Positions 51,728 to 61,305 of a DNA stretch of 61,305 nt are shown in pieces. The DNA comes from Trichoplax sp. H2. Lineage: Eukaryota. Location of the stretch: NCBI GenBank assembly GCA_003344405.1, contig NOWV01000112.1, positions 186,001 through 247,305 on the forward strand, written 5' to 3'. Each line of letters starts with the position of its first letter. Within the stretch, counting starts at the first letter, position 1. A program made the translations under genes and the position numbers. Below the pieces are notes generated by a model, which saw only the letters and a program-made list of their open reading frames with translations, made no database searches and was not told the origin of the DNA.

Positions 51728-54700
51728 GTTAATTACTTCTATCTTCTAAGCTGGAACCAATAGGGTAAAAAGAAAGGATTGATTAGAGCTTTAAACTTTT
51801 GAAATCTCAGTTTAGGAAACACGTTCTAGTTCAATGGAAATACGAATAGTTTTTCAAATGGAGAGTACAGCAGCAGTTAGTAAAATTAAAGATAGCATTA
51901 GTAAATAATTTCATCTCGTAACTTGTCGTTGTCTTAATCTGATGTTAGAAAAGCAGATTTAAAAAATACAAATGGCTAATTAAAATTTATTATCTTACTA
52001 TAGTGTTAATATTAGTACGGCAATAATTTTAGCTTAAGCCAATTATATTCGATCTGATTGTGGTTTGTCACGCCTAATTAGTATATTGTATAATGTCTAT
52101 TTACCCATTCTGTAAACATAGCGAAAGTCTTGTTAAAGCATACGTTACATGTGTTGAGTAATGCACTTGGTTATGTATTCTCCTTCTTTTTGTAGCATGA
52201 GCACCAGAAAAACGTACACTGATGCCCAGAAGTATCTAATCAATGGATGCTGAAACAACATAAGCAGTATATTTACCAAGAAATATCCCCAAAAAACTTT
52301 ACCAGGAACTGTAAAAGACAAGGGTTCATTTTAAGTAATGAGTAAAACAAAAATCGGTCACAAGATGTATACTGATAGCTTCTGCTAGACATGAAGTGAA
52401 TATTATTTGGCAATCCTTTAACCTGAAGTGTCTTATTTGCTTAGTATGGTATCAAATCGCTTTAAAAATTTATGGTACATGTGTATATATACAGCTCATT
52501 ATAGCTAAGTAAATGCACATAGAAATCAAACTAGCTTGAATTTTATACTACGAGCTACCCTAGCATATCATTTAAAAGCTATTTTAAATGTATTACTTAA
52601 TACAGTACATTAAATTTGCTTAATTCGATGAACTGTATTTAGTAGCTTTCGGAAGACGATATAAGCTTAAAAAGTGGATATCTATTGTAGTCGATTCGAA
52701 TATATAAGATAATTGCCATATTAGATTGACGACGCTATAATTTATTTCAATTGCAGCTTCATCATCACCAGCTGAATCATTACTGATCACAAAGCAAGGC
52801 AGAAAATCTAAAAACTAACCTGCTCTAATAACTGTATATGCTTATTCCAGCGTTATATCTTATGATAGTGTTATAAGAAGATTACCTAATCAGCTTGCTG
52901 TTAAAGTTTTAATCGTGCAATATGAAATTATACAAATCTTGACTGGCATATCCTATATTAATTAATAATGAATTAGTTTAGATAATTTGAGACGTTGGAT
53001 CCATCATGATGTCATTGCTACTTTTTTCTCTAATTGCTCACCAGCACAAAAACATAATGAATTTAAGGATACGTAGGAATAGGATGTATATCATCATCTA
53101 TTTGTTATGCTTATCTTCTAAGCTTAGAATATTTTATATCATATTCAGCTCAAGACAGATCTTTCTGCTATCTTCTAATTCAGTAAAAGTGATTTAAGTT
53201 TTTCGATTTCTCGTTAGCTGTCAACGATTTGAGCGTGACATAATTGTTGAATCATCAGACAATATGTTAATAAAAGAACTGAATTAAATTCAAAATTGCT
53301 CCTCCCTAGGTTCTTCCTGAAAGGTCTTCAGAAACATTACTTTACATTGTAATATCATAAAAGCTACTTTAGGACTAGTGTTACAGTCATCAACTAATCT
53401 ATGTGCCAGAATAGATATAATAAATAATTCATTAATAATTGATGTGAGCATGTTAAAATGTCAATCGGTTTTTATAAATTGATGCTCATGTATGAACAAT
53501 CAAACTGGATTATTAATTCTCTTGTTCGTTGCTATTTTACGTCTGCTTTAATGCGAGTTCTCGTAGACCTCTAGTAGAGCTAACATCTTGATAGCGCAGT
53601 AACATTTAGTAATCTTAAAATGAAATCATCGAAACTGAGTAGAATTCAATTAAGTTGTGGTAATATAAACTTTCATATGAGGCAAAAGAAATAGTCGTTA
53701 AATAGATAAATCTGCTATATTTTTTCAAATTTAATTGCTGCTACTATTTTTGAATTGATGTTGTAGAGACGCGCATATCAGTGTCAAAATGTTAATAAAA
53801 AGAAAACAAGACTCGTAAATTAGCGAAGTAACAGCCATTATTTTGTTTAAATCAGTAATATGTCAGTACAGCGTAGTATATAAGCTTTGCAGGCACATTT
53901 GATATACTTTGTATATGCAAACTTAATTTTTTTATCATTATAGGTACACTATGATAGTAAATTAATTAATGATCGTAGTTCAAGGGTTCAAAATCTCCTT
54001 AAATTACAAAAAGAAGTTACTAACACATGTACTTCGAAAGAGTCGAAATCATCATATCCCTATAAGCTGTAAGGTTATATCTTGACAGCAAGACATTTTA
54101 TACGTCAAGACCTTGATACATTAACAATGTGTTTTTAAAAAAATGTGAGGCAATAACGATCAATGCGTTAGCGTCGATATCTAAAAGCTTCGCTAAATGG
54201 CAACAGCTGCATACAATGTCTTTAGAAAAGAGTTATCCTCAACTGTTTCATACAACAACTAATCTCAAAACCTAAAATCCACTCGATAATTTTTTCTGGC
54301 TACAGTAACTCTACAGTTAGTTGATATTACATACTTATAATTGATGAAGTAAATGATTTACTGGACTGTTTTTTATCATCCTTCTAAAATTCTTATTTTA
54401 GTTAGGGTTTATACTTTATCAATCGTTCGATATAACTATGCTGTGCATAAATCGAGCCATAGATACATTCCAAAAATATTGTCAAGAATGCGTGAAAACT
54501 TCCAATATTAATTGTCAACATACGTATAATTCAAGAGCAAAAGATGTTTTACCTGGTGTCAGGAGGGTGGTTTCTATTAAATTTTATGCCAAATACGATT
54601 TTTGTTTTAAGAAAATAAAACTGTTTTCAAGCATTTCTTAGCTTTTATTATATCAATTTACCGTTCTGTCTTCAATTTAATTGCTGTTGCTGTATCCAGT

Positions 54701-57700
54701 AATCTTAATTTGAAAAATTTCAGATATTTTTGTCTGCTATCTGATTGATATATATGACATAGACTAGCACTAGTGATGGCGTCCGTGTCCGATGATAAGA
54801 ATTGATCTATATAAAACTAGCAAGACTTTGATAACGACCGAATCAGTAATTGTTTACTCTCGCGGTATATATTGTTTAGTAAATATAATAGAAGTGTTAA
54901 TGCTTTCGTATGAATTTAGTCCATACTAAGGGGCTATGCAATGTGCCGATACATTCAGAAATAGTAAAAGGTTATACGATAAGAATAATCTTCTTAATCG
55001 GGAAGCTTCTGCACCCGATAGGGTATCTATTACTTTATAGTGCCCTTCCTATAATATTGTATATACAAGTTATTGTCTACGCTATAGCCAGGAACAGTAG
55101 CTTTATAATGTTATTTCACTACATAACATTATGTAGATAAGTAATACAGTATTATAACATGTAACGGTATGCATATATGTTATTTACTCTAATCAAGTAT
55201 ATATGTAACATATATAATACTTTGCTATTGATCATATTGAGGGCGGAAATTAATTTATATGTTTGGATCTATAGTTTAATATATGTAATTGATGAAGTAC
55301 AGTGACAGGCCAGACGTCATTCCATTGATGGATGGATGTTCTATCTTAGAATAAGCTGCTCACATATTGCATAACGACATCAAACGGTTCATTTTTAAAA
55401 AGAACTTGAAAGAGAACTTAATCTAAGTTCTAGACTAATTTAAATCATAAAATATCTACTTCTGCTATCGATTTAGAATATTAAATAGGGTATTCATCTC
55501 TCAACAAATACGTCCGTTAGTAATTAGGAATTACAAATATTTTAATAATATTCAACAAGTTAAAGAGCAGGCGAACTTTATCGATTTTTAGTTGCAGTTC
55601 TAGGTGATAGCCTTTAGTTAAAGGTATATCACCATAATGAGGGATAGCAAATTTGTTTTTGATTAGATGATAGAACTATAGCACTGAATATGTAGGAAAA
55701 AGCTTGTCCAAATTTTACAGTAATAGTCATCACTATGTAGTACGTATTATAAAACATAGAAATTTGTCATGCATAATATTAATGAGGACAATTTCTATTG
55801 CATCTTAACTATCATCAAAGACTCATTCTAAATAAAGCTGATAATGCTGAAATAGCCAGCCTAAACCGTTAATCGATACAATGAATTCAACTTAGTAATG
55901 AGATTAACCATGAGCAGAATTAAAGTTCTACTTGCAATGTATTTATTGATTCTAATTATTTATTGCAGTGCTACAAGGAAATATTATGATACGAATAAAT
56001 TGTACACAATTTATTAACACTGTACCTTTCAGAGTTTGGCTGCTGCGATGTCATAGTAAACATATGTAGAGTTTGTGTCTAAGCTGTATCAGTTGGTATT
56101 AGTAATATCTAGTGACTTTCTCTACACCTTGCATATATGCTTATAACTTAGATTATTCTAGTATTTTCTTTCTAGAAATCGCTAGTAGTTGTATTCGGCT
56201 AAAGTAGAGCTGTGCGTGAACTATCTTTTGGATAAAGATCTAATGAAGTTCGAATTTTCTACAAATCTTGGATTTTCCTGATCGGTCATATCACATGGAT
56301 ATACTCTACCCTACTCGTTCCTGTAAAAATAATTTATAACTTGATATAAAGTTGAATTGCTCTGCTAGGATTAGCCTTTGTACTAATATAATCGGTACTA
56401 CTCTGAATTTTATCCTACAGACAATTGTTATCGATATGTATACTATTCTACCGTACTATTGGCTTTTTTAGCTCAATTTTCACAATTTAGTACTACTCGT
56501 CTAACCGATTACTCAACTCGCTTTTTATATAGATGTTACGGAGCTTGATGCTCCTTGCGTATAACTAGTAGTAATTTACGATAGTAGAATAACTGTAATG
56601 ATATACTGTATTGCACAATTATATAATTTAACGTGAAAGATTAGCACCGGGGTTATTTGTGTGACATATGAAATTGTATATAAGCTTGATGTCACAAAAC
56701 AGCTTTGCAACAAGATAACGTAATGTACGATTAATAAGTCAATTCCTTGAACCACGTATCAAGGAATGATATCTGCACTATCAGAAACACTTTCGCTCTA
56801 CTAGCAGCCTACACAAAGACTTAAATGCCTCGTATTTTACGTTAAATACTAAGTTTGAGAATCCACTTTATTACACGATATACTGCATTTATATACTATT
56901 CCTCAATAGTTCATGAGTCATAGTTAATACGATTAACATTGGAATCATTTACTGAATTAGATATTAATTTTAGCTACTGCTCCCTTAATGCAGACAACAG
57001 TATTTACGAACATAGACATGTGATGACTAATACAGAATAGTCAGATTACGATATGTCCTATCACGGAACATTTCCACGATAATTTACAATCTACCAAAAG
57101 TAAGTTACAGTCACAATGATTTGAACTGCAAGTAGATGATTTGCATTCCCTATTGTAAGTATTAATTTCAGTATGTGTATATGTGTCACTGTCATAAAAA
57201 GTCAGTGCTATATTAAAATACAGTATATCCAAATTAGAAGTTAACTAAATAAGGATAGGATTATCCTAACATAGATACTTCTACTCTAATACAGTATTTA
57301 ACACTGTCACACTTGATTATTAATTTTTAATCTCAGTTCCACTGAGGTTAACGTAGAGTACACTGGTACTAACGTAAACGGGCTAGTAATAAATATATTT
57401 TATTAACCTAAACCTATCGTTTGACTCGATTACTATAGTATAGGAATAAGTAAGTTTTCCCTTACTGAGGATCTCCGGAGTTAGTTGGAGAACCATAAGA
57501 GTAGATAGATTAGTTTAGGTACGATTACCAAAGATGTTTTGTGACAACAGAACATACTTTAATAAAGTAATTAATTAATAAGGTTTACGCTTTGAGTTCG
57601 CCGTTGTCACACTCGCATTTACATTAATTAGTAACAGACTTATAAGTGTCTTCAGGTGTCGATTAAATCCAGTTAATTAGATAAAGTAGAAAATAATGCA

Positions 57701-58112
57701 AAAGTTAAAGTTATAGGAAATGCACCCAAATCCTCACTTCATTATTGCTTTCTTCTTGGCGAATAGAAAGAAAATTGGATAGAAAAATCAGCTATATGAA
57801 TGAGCTGACCGTTGTGAAACTTGTAATAATAGATAAATTTAATATTAACATAGTCAAAATTTTATTTTTTGCAATGTTACATCAATATCGTACGAAAAGA
57901 AATTAGTTTTGTCTGTTAATAAATTGTTACGATTAATTTATTTATTATAAAGATTGGACGGATTTATGAACACTAGAATATAGAAAATAGATTCCACTGC
58001 CGTGAACATTGATTGATATTAAGAAATCTCGAAAAATTCCTTATTTAGTCTTATCTAGCGTTTATAACAAATCACTAGCCGCTAGGTTGTGTTACACTTC
58101 TAGCCTTATTTT

Positions 58113-58440
58113 CTAGTTTAAGCCCAAACTCTTTAACAACTCTAGTCCTATTTTTTTTAGTAAATCACAAAGCTGTATAAAATCTTTGCCATCATGTCGA
58201 TTACTCAAGATATTTCAAAGATGGCTTGCTCGATTCTCTCGATGCGGAAGAGCTTTTATATTATTAACATCTCTTTCGCTCAATATAGCAGACGAAACTA
58301 ACGAGTGTAATAGATCATCCGTAGGTTCGACTTCAATAAATTCTTGGGCATAACTGCTAAACACGGAACGCAATTGTGATTTTGATATCTCTTCATTTGT
58401 TGTTGGTGAATCTACGTTTGGGTGGAATAAATCAATTGTA
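58113..58440 (-). pseudogene. CARD-like (death-fold) exon interrupted by an in-frame TGA
   Basis: QLRSVFSSYAQEFIEVEPTDDLLHSLVSSAILSERDVNNIKALPHRENRASHL*NILSNRHDGKDFIQLCDLLKK has the six-helix CARD hydrophobic pattern, which continues across the stop at 58215-58217. Confidence 0.65.
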
Positions 58441-60707
58441 TGATGAAGAAGGCTAAAATTAAATCTATTAAGAATAATCAGTCTAAATATCATCCCAGTA
58501 TATAAAATTTATTAACTGCATTTAAGAGCTTGTTACAGACTATAAATTAATTCGATATGACCCTTGCATTGCAGTAACATCCATAGTTTGATCAATTGAA
58601 CTACAATTTTAAATTTAGATGTGTTTAATTCAATTCTTCAGATTTTACTTGAGTTTATCTCCGAAAAAAATACGTACAAATTATCATTATATAACTGTGA
58701 TATGGTTAACGACGATATATTGTTAGTACTATCAGTAGATATAGACAGTAGATCTAATTTAATCTGATTATTGCGTTGGCTGCCACAATCTACTGTGGCT
58801 TTGCAATAAGATAACGTTAAATTCAAGCTCAATTACCAATCATATTACAAAGCATACTCTGTAAATATACATACTCTTTTGAAGTACTGTAGTTACAAAT
58901 ATTAGTATTAGTATCGCAAGAATGAAGTTATATTCTATTGCCTATTTCATTCAGGTGCATTTATAAGCGTGAGATCCTGATAGGACTATATTGATGTTTA
59001 ATCTAAATTACGGTATAAGTATACTAATTACGGCAATTAATAAATTTACCATGACATAATCATAATCTTGGCCATCATTACTTGTGTTTTTTTCTAGATC
59101 TGGTAAGCTCAGCTAAATTGCAAGCAAAATTTGTGGTTCTGGGTCATACTACAAATATCCGATCTCAATTATCCTATAAGAGTATTAAATTTATCTAACG
59201 TACTATTTCTAATTCGCCTTGGCTTGTGTCGTGATATTATATATGTTGTTGGAAGGTAAATGCTTTGAATATTTAGTACTAATACAAGTGCTGGTAACAG
59301 ACCAGTAACGAAAGCTTGAAAACTTTTCCACCACTTTGTTAAAGAAACAAATATAATGGCTACATTGCTACAAATGTTTGCTCTCATAATTTAGAATTGA
59401 AGAATAATTCAAAATCTAACAGTTTTTCAGTAAATTTCAGTTACTAACTGGCATTCTAATAAGAATAGTCTGCTCTTCTCAAACTAGTTACCTATCTAAT
59501 TTAATCATACGAAGAAACATACGAAGAATCACAGTTGTTATTAATCATGATGATTCATTAAATTAAATCAAATTGCTTCGTTTGCCATATTTACTATCTA
59601 TCACTGGGAAGCTTTTGCATATCAGCCGTTGCATAACTTTCATCAGATAACTCATCCAAAAGTGCTCTAAGTATAATGATTCATGTGTGATACTTTGCAA
59701 ACTTTTATCATACTTTCTAAGTATTAATAACTAATGTTTAAGTAGCAATACTATGTAAATTGATTGATTTTCAATAAATCTTGGATTCAGCCTTCAGTCT
59801 TGCCTAGAGAAAGACATATAGTTTACTACAACTACCTGGCGATAGCATTATTGTTAGTATTTGGATTTGTACTGAAGGAAAATGTTGGCGAATCAAACCT
59901 GACAACATGCTGGTGGTATTTGATCTACTATTTTTAGTTTAATTTCTTCGTTACAAGTTTCATTTGTGACATAATTAAGCAAAGTATAGCAGTGGCTAGT
60001 ATGTTAAGAATGTTGGCAAATTAACTACGATTAAATACGGTACTTATTAACATCATTTTCTGCAATACAGCATCTTGGGATTTTAAAGTAAAAGTAAACA
60101 CCTTAATCATTTAACGAGATATCTAGTAGATTAAATATCTTTCGTCAGTTTGAATGCGGATGGTCTATAGATACTGTATGAGATCCTTTAGCAGCTTTTA
60201 AATACCGCGGCTTTACTCCTTATTTTAGCCATTCAGTATAATAAGCCATTAACAGAGCAGTACTAAACGGTAGCGTATAAGCCGGATATTCCTCCACGTC
60301 GAACTATTTCGCTTATACAGCACTTTATCGTGAGTTAATCGATATCGAATTCAAATTACGAATAGTTAGAAACAGAAAATATATTATTGTTTGTCTCATA
60401 CGCTACTAAAAGCCAATAATGTTCTCAGTAACATGATATTGATTAGTTTTACTCTTTTAACCGTCGAAATTTCTGCTCTGTAGCATGTAAAGAATTCATC
60501 ATAGTGCAACAGATAAACATTAGTGTTCATTGATTAAGGATTTTAAATAAGTAAATATGCAAATACAGATTGAACGCTCGAAGATGCGATTTTCAATGTC
60601 CTTTGCAAGATTTATTATCTAGCTTACACTAATCATTAGTTGTTCAGATTGTACGACGATTGGATTAACATGACTTTAATGACTCAGATTTCTCTTTCTG
60701 ATATTTT

Positions 60708-60971
60708 TCACTCTTTCAATATTAATTCGATTTGATCTGCTATGTCGTTGACTCCAACCTTACGTAATGCTGAAATTACTTCCTTATGATCAGCATCTTG
60801 GCCTTTCTTTTGCTTCCACAACTCTAGTACTCGATATTTTTTTCGTAATCACTATCAATTTTAGTGCTTGATACAATTTCATTTATCTCATTATATGTTA
60901 AATGTAATGAAATTCCCAATTGAAATAATTTACTTATAGGAAGTTTCGTAGCGATCATGTCGAAGTACGTC
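60708..60971 (-). pseudogene. Death-domain exon with a 1-nt frameshift in an A7 run
   Basis: After acceptor tttttag: TYFDMIATKLPISKLFQLGISLHLTYNEINEIVSSTKIDSDYEK(fs at 60837-60843)YRVLELWKQKKGQDADHKEVISALRKVGVNDIADQIELILKE*. Typical DD pattern LG..L.L...EI..I / L..W...G..A....I.AL...G..D.A..IE. Absent from the ORF track. Confidence 0.8.
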
Positions 60972-61305
60972 CTAAAAAGTTCTTCTATATTAAAACACAG
61001 TTGATAGTATTAGTAAATTAGATCCATTTGATTCTCCCAGCTTATAATTAGGTCTAAATAGTATCATTGATAGTCATTATCTTCAACAATTTCACCTCAT
61101 CACAACCGTACATCAAACTGGTATGCTAGTTTATAAAGCAAACTGTTACTAATACTACCTGTTAACAAACGCTAATGTCAGTATGAAAATAAATTTACAT
61201 ACAATGAGCCATTATAATAAATCATTGGAAGTGTACATTAAAAGCTATTGCATACTGTATCATAAAATATTTATTTCTTGATAATGACAAAGTTTTACAT
61301 TTCTC

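Noticed and set aside
1-61305. CRISPR arrays, rRNA, tRNA, intact transposases, prokaryotic operons
   Set aside because: None seen; the window is eukaryotic, with spliceosomal introns.

Overview
AT-rich animal genomic DNA with short spliceosomal introns. Composition and gene content best fit a compact early-branching metazoan such as a placozoan (inference, not proven). From left to right: (1) about 1-26 kb is a decaying array of intronless class A (rhodopsin-like) GPCRs, with one complete gene, one gene running off the window, several pseudogenes or fragments, and nested duplications of different ages. (2) A 17-exon BRF1 (TFIIIB) gene containing a clear U12-type GT-AG intron. (3) A 6.7-kb intergenic stretch with a candidate structured ncRNA at about 35.2-35.55 kb. 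(4) An SLC3 heavy-chain gene with an intronless CDS, in which all three GH13 catalytic residues are substituted. It lies tail-to-tail with (5) a 10-exon PREPL gene, the same convergent arrangement as human SLC3A1-PREPL. (6) An alpha-arrestin gene. (7) Disrupted death-fold exons (a Death domain and a CARD) near the right end. All gene models were assembled by hand from splice signals and remembered homology; no searches were run.
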